Below are positions 13,850 to 27,062 of a stretch of DNA of 64,000 nt, in pieces. A program made the translations under genes and the position numbers. This stretch comes from Paramecium tetraurelia (Eukaryota), in assembly GCA_000165425.1 (NCBI GenBank), contig CT868274.1, positions 372,001-436,000 of the forward strand, in the 5' to 3' direction. The notes under the pieces are model-generated. The model was not told where the DNA came from. It did no database searches and was given only the letters and a program-made list of their open reading frames with translations. The first letter of the stretch is position 1. Each line of letters starts with the position of its first letter.

Positions 13850-14710
13850 TATTCATAAATTAGACTACTTGAGTTACATTTTGGTCTCTTGAAGTTCACT
13901 TTACTTTATTATTTTAGGATTCTCATTGTTCCTAAAATTTCAAATAGAGTTGATATCATTTCGGAGAACTCTATGTTATTTTAGTACAAATATGATATGT
14001 TCGATCGTCACTATAGCCTTCTTAAAGCATATATCAAAAGTCTCAATAAATGTATCCTTTTGACTAAAAGTATAGCAACATTTTGATTCTTTAGTATGAG
14101 AGGGTTAAAGAATCACCATTAAACTAGTTTAGCCCATTTTACAATAGGGTACTCTAGTAATTTCTAGAATTTAACTCTTTTTTCATAGAATGATAATTTT
14201 CTAGCGTTTGAGTTCTAAATCTAACAACAAATTCACTGTTTAAACTCTAAGCTATGCTAAGGCAGTGATATATTAAATAGGGTTAACAGATTAGTGAACA
14301 TATAGGCAGAAGAGAAGAATTTATAGTAACAATTTTCACTATAAGATAGCCTATAACCTTGAAGACAGGCTACCCAACCAGCATTGATGGATAAACATTT
14401 AGATCTTCCAGGAAATCAAAGAATATTTGAAAAAATCTTCAATCCTTAAAATTTCAAAGACACCCTTTCCCACATAAATTCATCTTGTGTTGTTAAATAA
14501 AATCTTGGCCCTATGTATTTTTAAAAAGATATGCGACAAGATAAGAGGTCGTTTTGTAGAAATTATATAAATGAGTTATAAAAATTTAATGGATCGCATT
14601 CTAAGCAGGTTTCTATTGGTTTTGATATATTTAGTAAAATAAATATAAGCAATATAAATGCTATTTAAATGATTATCTAAAATTTAGATAATCAAAATTC
14701 TCCATGACTA
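13850..14710. pseudogene. Probable decayed coding sequence, strand and product unresolved
   Basis: Coding-like composition, but every frame I read on either strand is interrupted by TGA, and I could build no consistent intron model. Confidence 0.35.
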
Positions 14711-15330
14711 ATAATGAGAAGTTCAGATTCACATTAAGCAGGTGAAATATAGGAAAAGTAATTTATTAGGAAATTTAATGCAATAATATTTTTCACTAAT
14801 AACTATAGAAAAAATAAAATACTGAAAATAAGGAGTGTTTAAACATGAGGTTTTCTGCAAAATTATATTTTGATATCTCTAAATACTTTAAATTTCCATC
14901 AAAATTTTATTTGATTTAATAACTATATTGTTTGATATTAATTTAATTTGACATCATATCATTTTAAATATTCTCAAAACTCATAAAATATTTTAGAATA
15001 GAAATTCATTAACAACAATTAAAAGTTATTGGTTCACTTAAGAATTCAAAACTGGATTTTGCAACAAATTTAACGGATTTTCTATATTTCACACTACTTA
15101 TTAATTATATATATTTTAATTTATTATCTCTTATTTTTGTGAAGTATCCTAAGTTTTGATTAGTATATAGTATAATTTCTAAAGGGTAGTAGAGTGTTTA
15201 GCCACTTAAGAGTGAGAATGAAAAATCAATATATCAATTTTCTTAAGTTTGTTATTAATTGTAGTTAATAATTTGATATCCCTATTTAAGAAATTAGGAA
15301 TTTATTTTTGAATAATAATATTATATTAAA

Positions 15331-16233
15331 ATGAAGGCTGTCAACGAAGAAAAAATCGCAATATATAACGGGGAAGATATTAAATACTTTGTCTTTCCAG
15401 ATAAATTTGATCATACCTAAAGTGGAGTTCCTGGAAATCCCTGTTATAATTTTAGATTTAGGATTTTCGTGTTCTTTTCATATATAGTCCTTACATAACT
15501 TTTTTAGCTTTTTTGCACTCCAACAGAAAAGATTACAGGAGTTTGGGATATTGGGCACTAAATTACAACACCAATCAACAATTTGTATAAAGAGCATCGA
15601 TGGTATTCAAATGACATAATTTAGGTTTTCTATTGCATTGTAGTTACTGTCAGCAATTATCTTAGATGTAGCTTACCTTTATATTTCACTTTATTGGGTT
15701 CTCTACCAAAGAAATTTTAGATTATTCGCTGCTCTAATTATCTTTTATGTGGTGAGAGCCATTCATCTAAATCTTGTTAAGTTGGAATTCCCATAAAATT
15801 ACTACTGGGAGGACCCCAGCGTTCCAAGTTTGGTTGTAAAATATGGATTTTTCTCTGATTTCTTTTATTCTGTAATATTGAATCAATATAATTTTAGGGT
15901 CATGTTGGATACTTGATTATCTGTGGACTAGAGATGAGAAAGATAGGAAAAAAATACGTGTCAGCATTATTCTTTATATGCTCTTTATATTAAGCTTTTG
16001 TTGTAATAACATTTGCAATTCATTACACAATTGATGTAAGATTAATATTCTTAATGTAGGTAACAACGGGATGCATATTTGCCCACTACTTTTATAATTA
16101 AGTTTGCTATTGGGAAGTTAAGATAGATTTTTTCCTAAAAATGATCGCTAACTTATTTGTTCGCACTCCAAAATAACCTAATAACAAATATGAAGTTCAA
16201 GGTGATAAATAGATAGGAGTGATAACTGCGTGA
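15331..16233 (+). CDS. Sphingomyelin-synthase/PDCT(ROD1)-like lipid phosphotransferase (PAP2/LPT superfamily)
   Basis: Motifs VWDIGH, RAIHL..LEFPQNYYW, SDFFYSGHVG..CGLEMRK and HYTIDVTTG, with TM segments. Three introns (~15603, ~15872, ~16036). TGA 16231-16233. Confidence 0.88.
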
Positions 16234-16662
16234 GAATAGTCAATTTTTATTATATATATTTCATTCATTTAGAGTATAAATTATTATGGATGCAACATCA
16301 ACAATAAATTAAAATTATTATTATTCTAATACACAATTAAATCTTAAGAGAAATTAAAATTCCAAAAGAAAATGCTTTGATCAAATGTAAATCCAAAGTC
16401 AAATAAGGTAAGACAATTATCCATATTAAATTTATCATAATTTATTTTCTGTGTTAGTAGAGAACTAAATGTGATCCAAACATCAAAATTCTCATGAAAG
16501 ACTCAAAAATTCATCATTAAGAATTGATATTGATAAATACTATATTCATAACAGGTTCGTTTAATCCTTTTAGATTTCATTAACGAATTAGGATAAAAAG
16601 TTCATGTTTGAATATACTCATTTTTATATTCTAATTTTAATTATTATATTTTTATTGGTCTT

Positions 16663-18296
16663 ATGAATGGAGTTGTGAAGTATTTAATGATTTAATTAGT
16701 TCTTATGAATTGCAGTAATATAGAGCAAAGTCCCAAGATAATTTGAAATCAGTAATTTGAAATGAAAAATTTAGATATTAGTTATGATAACAATACTAAG
16801 TGGATTTTGCTTTTTTTACAATGCTTATTTAATATTTTAATGGGATTATAAAATCACCATAATCTACTGCTGTGTATCCTCTTTCACTATAATGGTTCAT
16901 AGATTACTTAAAAGTCGAAGGTATAAAAAATATTATTTTTAAGTCTTTCCCAATATTGTTGTTTTAATATTTTTGAAAGTTTACTACTTATATCGTATTT
17001 ACTCTCCATAGTCTATTACATAGAGATTGAGAAGGTGAATATAAATTTCATTTCTTATGCTCAATTAGTCTTATAGTTCTTGATTCTAGCAATCACAGTT
17101 CTTATTAATAAAAGTACATCTGAGACGGAGAGTCAAGATCAATCACTTTAGATATAGGAGATTGTAAATTTGATCTAAAATTGATAGCTAATCTCTGCAT
17201 TTAAAAGTATTAGTGCTCTTCAACTCGTGTTCATTAGTCTTAGAATTACTGAGCAAATTACATGGGGGTGGATTTAAACTTTAATAATAATATGGTTTCT
17301 ATTGGGGCTGTCATTTGTGATTTTCATTTGTTTGCTTGTTGATATTCTGTAGAAATGCAGAAATTAATAAGATGGGATTGAAGAGGAGAAAAAAAGAGTT
17401 ATTAGTAAGAATCCATTATACTATTTAGTTTAAGGGGGAATTTGGTTAAATTTGATTTTATTTGGAATCACAATATTACCATTTTCAACAATTTTTGGTT
17501 TAGCCTTAAGTTATGACTTTAAATTTAAATCATTAAATTAGTACGCCTTTGGATTGACAATCTTTTATTATCTACTATAATTGGCCTATTATTTTAAGTT
17601 CAAATAAAAGCTGATGTACTGTTTCAATTATAATAGAGTGACTATCTTCTATACTATGACATTGCACAAAGTAATTTGTATGTTGACTAGTAATTGCAAT
17701 AAGTCAATCAAAATAATCAACAAATAGAAAACAGAATCGAACTTAAAATGAAAAGAATGCACAAGTTGAGCATATCAAAGGTGCCTTAATTCATGGTTAA
17801 ATTATCATAAACTTATTATAAATGTGCACTTAATGCTGATTCACAATGCATGTCATCTAAAATTCAATAAAATCAATTGAACTAAAAGAATCAATTCTAA
17901 GAGAATGAGAACGACAATGAATAATCTAAAAGATTTGATTTATTGTTGTCTAGTCCTAGACAAAGGTTGGAGATCAGTTCTAGTATAGGATAAGATCTGA
18001 CAAGTCGAAATATTGATAAAAAGCAATTAGAAGATTAATCTACTATTAAATAAGAGCAGCAGAATCAGAATTCTCAGAAACTATGTTTAGTTTGTTATGA
18101 AAAGGAAAGCAATATGATTAATATGCCATGTGGTCATGGTGGGTTTTGCAACGAATGTTGTGAGTAACTGTTGAGCAAAAGTGAGCTTTGTTACTTATGT
18201 AGAAAGCCCGTTACACATAGTTTACAAATACAAGAAGTTTAGAATAGAGAGAGTTTAGTAGAAGTAGTTGAAGTTTTAGAATAACAAAATAAATGA
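16663..18296 (+). CDS. Multi-pass membrane protein with C-terminal C3HC4 RING finger (putative E3 ligase)
   Basis: Many hydrophobic exons, then CLVCYEKESNMINMPCGHGGFCNECCEQLLSKSELCYLCRKPV (~18083-18210). TGA 18294-18296. Confidence 0.85.
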
Positions 18297-18604
18297 ATAT
18301 ATTGATGTTAATTGTATCAACTTATTTTTGTGTTTTAATTTCATATGTTATATTTTACCTCTGATTTACATAAGATATATATTACTTTTAGATTTCAAAA
18401 GGACAACATTAGATTTTATTATGTAAAATAAATAATTTGTATAATATTTCACCTGTTTTTAATGGTAAATAAATCACACACAGAATAATTAGAAAATGAA
18501 ATTTAAATTAACTTGATTTGATATTTTTGATTAACTTAGCTGTTTTAATCAAGCATACGATCAAATTATATGTTGATCATATTAATATAAAAATTTAATC
18601 GGAT

Positions 18605-20309
18605 ATGGGCAATGCATGTTGCAATCACTAAGAGATTCATTAGAATCACTTCTCTAGCCACACATAAATTCTGATTCCAATGTGCAAATAAAGTAATATT
18701 TGGGATTCTTTCCAAGATGATGACGAAAATATTTCACCCATTAAACAATACATAACTCCTAGTGCTGCATCAAAAGTCGATCTTGACTTCTCTTCAGACA
18801 CTAATCAATCTAAAATGAAATAAACAATACAATTACCAGGTACCAGAAAGTCTGTGAAGATAAGTTATAATAATTTTGTAACTATGAAACAAGGGGAATG
18901 GAGTGAATAATACAGCATACTAAAGAAATTAGGGTAAGGAAGCTATGGAAGTGTCTGGCTTGGCTAACACAAAAAAACTGGTATACTGAGGGCACTGAAA
19001 TAAATTAAAAAAGACTCACTTTTATTTGAGGATTAATAAAGAATGTTATCTGAGCTGAATATCTTAAAATCTTTAGATCATCCAAACATCGTTCGTGTTT
19101 TTGAATGCTTCCAAGAAAACGATTAATACATCATCGCTACCGAGTAATTAGTTATATTATCAAGATACCTCCCTGAAGGAGAACTGTTTGAACGAATTAA
19201 AAAACTACAATGCTTCAGTGAGAAAATGGCTGCTGATTACATTAAATAAATACTCTAAGCTATAAGTTACTGTCATGATAAAAAAATAGTACATAGGTAA
19301 ATTAATAATACTACTTTCTTAGAGATATAAAGCCAGAGAATATTTTGTTGAGTGGTCAAGGCCAAGAAATTAAGGTTATTGATTTTGGAACCTCTAGATA
19401 TTTTTCATCAAATAATAATATGTAGAAAAAATTGGGAACTCCTTATTATATTGCTCCAGAAGTCTTGAATGGGCAATACAATGAAAAAGTGGATATCTGG
19501 TCCTGTGGGGTTATCCTGTACATTTTCTTATGCGGTTATCCCCCTTTTACTGGAAAAAACGAAAATGAAATTTTTGAAAAAGTAAAAAATGCCAAATTGA
19601 TTTTTGACGACGAAGACTGGTCAACTGTTTCTAAAGACGCGTTAGACCTAATTGGCAAAATGCTTAATATCGATGTGGATAAACGGTTATCTGCAAAACA
19701 AGCACTCCTTCATCCTTGGGTCTAAAGAAATGCGAAATAGGAAATTATATCTCTTTAATTATTAAGCAACATCGAAAAATTCTATGTATTCATTTAATAA
19801 ATTTAGGTCAAAAGCAACTTTCAAAAAGCTATGATGACTTTTATGGTTAACCAAACTCTGCAAAACTAAGAAATTAGTGAATTAAAAGCTACCTTCCATG
19901 CTTTAGATAAAAATAATGATGGAAATTTGAATAAATTAGAACTGATTGCTGGTTATCAAGATATCTTAAAAAGTAAAGAATTAGCTGAAGAAAAAGTCAA
20001 TTAAATATTAGATGATCTTGATTTGAACCATTCAAATCTAATTGATTATTCTGAATTCATTATGGGGGCTATGAAATTCGAAAAATTAGTTTCGATTGAA
20101 AGAATTAAATTAGCATTTCGTTTGCTAGACTCAGTATTAATAATTATATTTATTAGAATGGAGATGGTTACATATCAAAGGAGGAATTGGAAGATAACAT
20201 GGGATTTTTAGAGCCTGAAATATGGGATTCATTTTTAAAGGATTGTGACTTAAATAAAGATGGAAAAATATCAGAAGAAGAATTTACTAATATTTTAGTT
20301 ACTTTATGA
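18605..20309 (+). CDS. Calcium-dependent protein kinase (kinase plus EF-hands), N-acylation signal MGNACC
   Basis: [17 protein letters not shown] (split by intron), DFG, GTPYYIAPE. EF-hands DKNNDGNLNK, DLNHSNLIDYSEF, D(S)NGDGYISKEE, DLNKDGKISEEEF. TGA 20307-20309. Confidence 0.96.
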
Positions 20310-20347
20310 TTTATATGATATGTTAATTATTAAACACATAATTTACT

Positions 20348-23300
20348 TCACTCTTTGATGCCTAAAGCTTATTACAACTTATCTACTAATTTCGGTCCTC
20401 CAAATTCCAAAGTCGCATTAAACATATCTCCTATTCGACATTTCAATAGTACTACTTCTTCTTGCATCTTTTCAATTATCTCATTAGAATTATCTTGAGT
20501 TTGATTCAAAGATTATGCTTCAATTAACGCCTGCTGATAATTATTTGAAATGTTTATCTTCTCAGTCTCCAATTCATGATTTTTTTATTCTAATTCTTTT
20601 ATTGTAACTTATAATTAGTTAATTTGTAATTCTTATTGTTCAGATTACTGTATGATCTTTTCATTTGTAAGTTAAATTTCTTGGATGTATTCGAAATTCT
20701 CACTCTTTTGCTACTCCAAATTCTCCTTAACATTCTCCAAAAATTTAATCAAATTTTATTAATCCAATTCCACTTATTGATAACTTTGTATTTCTTATTA
20801 TAAATTTTATATTACATCATCCTTATCTTTCAATCTATTCACATAATTATTAGTTATTAATTATATCTCTATAGCATGTTTGCCATCCTTTTCTTTTATC
20901 GACTCTTCCTTTTCTTCTAATTACTTCTTCAATTCTAACAATTTAACCTAGTCATCCTGAGATTATTATTATAATTGTTAGATCTATTTGATAAAATCGT
21001 TATTTTTTAGTATATTCTTCAAATTAATCTCATCTATTTATTATTCAAATTTTTATTTATTCTCTAAGCATTGCTTCTCCAATTGCTATGCTTTCTCATT
21101 TACTATTTATAAACCCTCTAATTAATCACTTAACTATTGATTCTATTTCTATATATTCTGAATCTCATCATCCTTCACTTTTATCTAATTGGTTAATTCC
21201 AATCCTTTATGTTCCAGTTAGTCAATATATTATTGAATTATTTCTTTCTCTTTTAGCCATTCATCATTTTCAGTAAATAATTGTTATTATAATTCTTATA
21301 TATCATTCTAATATTGTAATTAACTTTCTTTAATTTGAGTTTCTAATTCTTCTATTTTTGAACTTTTCTATTCATTAATCTCTATTAATTGCTCTATTTG
21401 AAGTGTAAATTCTCCTTCTCTCAATAACTACATCTCGTGGGATTTAACTAAAGAAGTATTTTCTATTTTCATCTAATCAATATCATTTTAAGCTTATTAG
21501 AGTGCAGTTGTTTGTTGATTCAATTAAATAGTTAACTCTTCTATTTATTATTATAATTTTGAATGTTATTCTTTATTGATTTCTAAAGGTTCTGCTAATT
21601 AAGAATTTAATTCTAAATTAATTACCTGTTATTACTCAAGTTATTCTGTTTGAATTCCAATTTCTTAATATGTTTGTTGAATTATCTCATTTTATTTGTT
21701 ATCTTAATTATCTTTTTATTATACCTAATCCTATAACTATACTTATTATTATAATTAATCATATTATTATGTCTAATCTTATTCTTATACCTAAACTTAT
21801 TATTATATCTAATCTTATTATTATATCTAATCTTATTATTATATTTCATCTTATTTTAATGAATTTAAAATCTCTAATTCTTTTATTTTCTAATTTAAAT
21901 TATTGACTTATTCATCTAAGATAGTAATTTGATCTTTTAATTAAATTATTTCCTTTTCTAATGTAGAGTTCTGCATAGTTAAATTCTCGTTTTGTTAGTC
22001 ATATTATGTTTTTGAGATTTAATTCTCTTACTATAGCTCCTATGTATTATGAATCGATTCCTTAATTTAAAATTGTAATTGCTCATTTATTATAACTTAT
22101 TCTTAGTTTTATTGATTTAATTAAGAAATTTTGCTTGACAAATTATTGATTAAATCTTCTTTTTTCAAAATTTCTATTTACAAAGCTTGTAATTTAATTT
22201 ATAGATCCTAATTTTATTGATCAAAAATAATATTTTACTCACTTAATTGTTGATTAATCTATTTTTCTGAAATAGATTGTTGGATTAAATCTTTATTTTG
22301 AATTTCCAAATTTTATAAATTTTAGATTTTTTCATTCTATTGAAGTGTCAATTGATTTAAATTATTTAAAAACTCAGAGTTTGTTTGCATTTATTTTTGT
22401 AAAAGAGCATTTTCACTTTAGAGATTATCAATCTTTTATTTGGCTTAATTCAATTCAATTGTTGTTAGTTAAAGTTATTCTATTAATAAAGATTATTGAT
22501 TATAAGAATTTTTAGAATCTTCTATTTCATATTCCTAAATCTATTTTGAATTTTATTCTAGATCCTACTTTAATTTACAAAATTTCAAAGCTATTGCTTT
22601 ATTCAATTCCATCAATTGATTTGGAAGATCAGCCTCAGCACTTTCATTCTAAGGGTCAAGAAACAACTTTCTCATAACTTGTGCCTAATTGGTACTATCG
22701 TTTATCAGTTATTATAATTAATTGGTTTACTATATGAGAACTTGAACTTTCGTACTTAGTTCTTCCTCTCTTTCTTGTTATTGTTTTAATTCATTCTGAA
22801 AATTCTTTTCTTTTTCCATATATTTTTATTCCAAATCTGCTTATATTTATTCCTTTTCTTGTTTTTATTATTGAATTTGTTTTAATAATTCCTCTACCTC
22901 TAATTGATGTTTCTATTTTTGTTATTCGCATTAGGTTTAATATTCAGCTAATTCATTATTTTTATTATTCAATTGTTGAGTTAGATTTTCAATATTTTAA
23001 TTATCTAAGCTTAAATGATCTTCACATTATTTCTTAATTTCTATACTCTATTGATTGATTTACTCCTATTGTTAAATAATCTACTTGGATAATTCATCAA
23101 TCTAATAATTATAACTAATCAATACTTTTTCATTATGAATTTTTTCATTCTATTAGAGACTGCAATTTTAGTTCTATAAATTTAGTAACTATAAGTTTAA
23201 ATTATTTAAACTTTCTTTTTATGAGTCTATTAATATATCCTTTTCATCTAATTTATTTTTGAGTTACAACAATTGTTAATTCTGTTGAGTGATTTAATTT

Positions 23301-24503
23301 TCAAAATTGATATTTCTATGTTAACTATCATTGTTAGATCTCTCTAAAACAGAATATAATTAGTCTTTGTTTTTACAGATTTCCTCCAATTCTTAAAGCC
23401 TTTACTTTAAGGATGAGGTATTCTATTCTTCTGAGTTGATGCTTTACTAATATTAATTATACTCCTCACGATAATTTATTGTACTTTTACATAGCTTTTT
23501 TATAGTTTTATGTCAGATTTTCATTATCTTTTTGAGCTTACCTTAATTGACTTTAAATTTAACTTAGCTGCTATTCATATTAACATATCTATTCCTGATA
23601 AATGTTTTAATCAACCATCTTATCTATCTGCTTTCTTTGTTCTTATAATTGCAAGACCAACGCTTCCTTTTTAACTTTCTCAGTTTGCACTTCCTGTTGG
23701 AGTTTATTATTCTGATCTTTGATTTCCATGTACAAAATCTTTTATTAATTGAGTTCTTCATGAAGATGCTATAGATCTAGTTGGATTTAGTTTGACATGT
23801 TAGAATTCTACTGTTACTTTGGAGAGCCAAGTTGAGAGGAAACATCTGTGACAGTAGGATGATTAGATTGGCTTTTGGAAAAAGATTTATTCAAATTTGG
23901 GGATTGTCCTGATTGACTATCTCCGAAGTATTTTTTTGTGCTTTCAAATGCTTCCTTAAAAGGTGTAAAAATTCCTGTTTTTTTATCAGAGGTTTACTCT
24001 TGAACTATTGAAGACTGAGAGTTAATTGCATCAAAATCTACTTCTCCGACTTCTGCTAAATGAATTTTTAAATGAATTTTGGCTTTTTTATCAGGACAGT
24101 CTTGCAATAGTAATTCTTCATTAATGTCTAAAGTGCAATTATGAAATACCATTTTTATATTGGTTCAAATAGTCTGCAATATCAAAAAAACATAGTCCTC
24201 CCTTTTTATTACCTGTTGGTGCAATGAGCAAAATTAATAATTCCATCTTCTTTTCTTAATATATTCCATTTATTTAATACACATTAGTTTGAATGGCCAG
24301 AGTTTCATTAACGATAGCCTTTCCTTAATTGAAATCAGCTAATTACTACGTTTGAATTTTCTATTGCTTCCCTTGATTGATAGAATTATTTACATACCAT
24401 ATTTCAAGACAACTTACACTTTAAACGATAAATTACTCTTCATTTCTAACTTTTCTATATGGATTTGCACTTAATACTTATATCCCTTAGGATTCATCTA
24501 CAT
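20348..24503 (-). CDS. Large Q/E/K-rich coiled-coil protein with N-terminal NT-C2 (EEIG1/EHBP1-type) domain
   Basis: N-terminus YKYQVQIHIEKLE..GKAIVNETL..GGLCFFDIADYLN..LQDCPDKKAKIHL, then ~3.4 kb of heptad-like sequence. Ends KLQQALGIKE-TGA at 20348-20350. Confidence 0.85.
21743..21850 (-). repeat. Coding tandem repeat, six degenerate 18-bp units encoding (D-Q-I-Q-Q-Q)-like peptides
   Basis: Plus-strand consensus TTATTATTATATCTAATC recurs every 18 bp; the units at 21797 and 21815 are identical. Confidence 0.85.
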
Positions 24504-24677
24504 ATAATTAATTTTATAATCTAAAAATTATCAAAAATAAAATAAATTCATTTTTAAACTAATAAAAAAAAATGACGCGAAATCTTAGTAATATTTGTTA
24601 TGAAGTGAGAAGCAATTTCAAAATCCTGCTTAAATGATTATATTTATATACAACGAAAATAAAATTGTATTAAGATT

Positions 24678-25292
24678 TCATGTTTTGGTTTATCTCCTTT
24701 TCAAAAAGTTTCTTCTTATTTCATTATCCACGAATAAGTAATGATGTCGAGTCGATATTTAGTGTGAATACACAAAGTGTTTTTCTTCTTTAATATCTTT
24801 GATCGCATAATCCATATATTCATTGAGATTTCTGAAATGATGCTTTATTAAATTTTTCCAATTGGAATTAGTTATATGATTTTTCTATTCCAAATTCTGT
24901 AATAACTTCGAATATTTCGACTCTTGATCTTCCAACCTCCTTTTCTCCTTGGAATATGAATCGTTGATTTCTTATTGTGTTATAACCCCCTCTTCGAGTG
25001 TGCTACTAATCTCGCTCATCAGACTGGTGAGCCTCGTATTTTTAGTTTATTTTTGAACTAGAACACTTTTTGAGCATTGGATTGGCTTATACTTATGGGA
25101 ATTGGAAGATCGAAATGAATTCAAATAGAATTCATGCTCAATCGGTGGTAATTTAGCTTAAGCTTATAACCTGTCGACATAATCATAGACATCCTATTTT
25201 GATTTGAAATTCGTCTGTTGTTTATAAGGAGTAATAATTTTCTTTTTAGGTCTATAATTAAAACAGATTTCAGCATAAGTGTCATCCAGCAT
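24678..25292 (-). CDS. Hypothetical protein (~200 aa, apparently single exon)
   Basis: Open code-6 frame from MLDDTYAEICF to RRQTKT-TGA. Confidence 0.75.
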
Positions 25293-25335
25293 TAAATATT
25301 ATATAAAATACTAATTATTCCTTTTGTATAAATAA

Positions 25336-26961
25336 TCAATTGATCTTCTTAATTTTTAAGATATTCGATTCATCAGGGTTCTCCTCACTTCCTCCTAGTA
25401 GCACAATACCCTTGTCACCAGTCTTGATGATTCCTCTAGTCTTTGCAGATTTGATAGCATAATCAACCAAAGTGTCAACTCCCTGGAAACTAGGAACTCT
25501 CAAACAAGTAACCCCACTCGTCATACTTAATCCCTTAATTGTTTTGTCCTCAGTACTAAAGAAATTACTCGATATCTAAACCTAATTGCAATAATAGGAG
25601 CCCTTGGTCTATATTTAGCCACGAGTCTAGCAATTTCACCACTGAGAGTGAAACAAATTATCACATGAGCTTTAGTTTCAAAGCTCATTTACACAGCTGA
25701 AGCAGCCAAAGCTTCAGTATCCTCCAAATATCCCCTATCATGGATTCTGTTCCAATACGTTTTTTCATTATCAACACATTTTTCTGCTTCACAACATATC
25801 TAATAATCAATGGATAGATTACTCTTCCCATAGTCTCTACTGCAATAATTGGGAAAGCCCCATTGGCAGTCTCTCCAGAAAGCATAACGCAATCTGTTCC
25901 ATCCAATACGGCATTAGCCACATCTGAAGCCTCAGCTCTTGTTGGTCTAGGATTGGTGATGATTGATTCCATCATTTATGTAGCTGTGATAACAGGTTTG
26001 CCTGCATTAAGTGCTCTTTTGATCATCCATTTTTAAGCCTAGAATACTTTCTATGGGGGAATCTCCATTCCTAGATCTCCTCTTGCCACCATAATTCCAT
26101 CTGCTGATTTTAATATTTCATCATAATTTTGCATTCCTTCCTAATTTTCTATTTTAGCTATAATCTTGATTCCACTTCCTCTTGGACCCAAAATGTCTCT
26201 GACATCCTCTATATCTTATGCCTTTCTAGTAAATGACAAAAAGACGATATCAATATTATGTTTTAAACCAAATTTAACAAGATCTTCCTCTTCCTTTTCA
26301 GTCACTGTTGGCAAATCAATAATGGCTCCAGGTAAAGACATGTTTTTCTTTTCTCCAAATGATGCATCATTCTAAACTGTCACCATTACACTGTTCTATT
26401 AATGAATATATCATCTATTTTTAATACCTCCTTTATTTCATCCACAATTGTTACAACAGATCCATCAGCTATCAAGATTTATGATCCAACATGTACTGTT
26501 TTACATAAACTTTAGTAACTACAAGGAATACATTCTGATGTGCCCTCAAATGAATAATCAGTAGCTTAGTATTATTAAATTGTTCATACTTATTTCCAAC
26601 TTCTATCCTTTCTTCAACACAATCTACTTATGTTCCTTATTCAACCCAGTTCTTATTTCTGGTCCCTTTGTATCTAAAGCTATTGCGACTGGCTTGTCCT
26701 TTCTTTATTTAAAGGCTTCTCTCAATTTGGCCACTGTTTCTCCGTGAACTTTATGATCACCATGAGAAAAATTGAGTCTAGCAACACTCATTCCTGCATC
26801 TATTAATTAAGCTAAAGTAGGCACATCCCAACAAGCAGGTCTAATGGATATCTAAATATTTGTTACCCTATTGTACAAATGATCTTCGTTGCTCTCTTCG
26901 AATAATCTGTCTCAGATAGGATTGTTTATAATTCGTAATGCGCAAAAGAATCACATTGCAT
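25336..26961 (-). CDS. PYK: Pyruvate kinase
   Basis: [81 protein letters not shown]. Four tiny introns. Confidence 0.98.
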
Positions 26962-27062
26962 TGTTATTATAATAATAATAAATTCTTATTTCCATAGAAA
27001 ATCTCATATCCAATTTATTATGCATCATATATATATATACAATATTTTGTTCAATTTAAGAT

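Noticed and set aside
14097..14800. Plus frame with a single in-frame TGA at 14360, considered as a selenoprotein given the nearby SPS gene
   Set aside because: No redox motif around the TGA, another TGA upstream in the same frame, and the downstream ATGA..AA candidates form no convincing SECIS stem. Pseudogene decay is simpler.
21743..21850. Short repeats as a CRISPR array
   Set aside because: No unique spacers, lies within a coding exon, and the DNA is eukaryotic.
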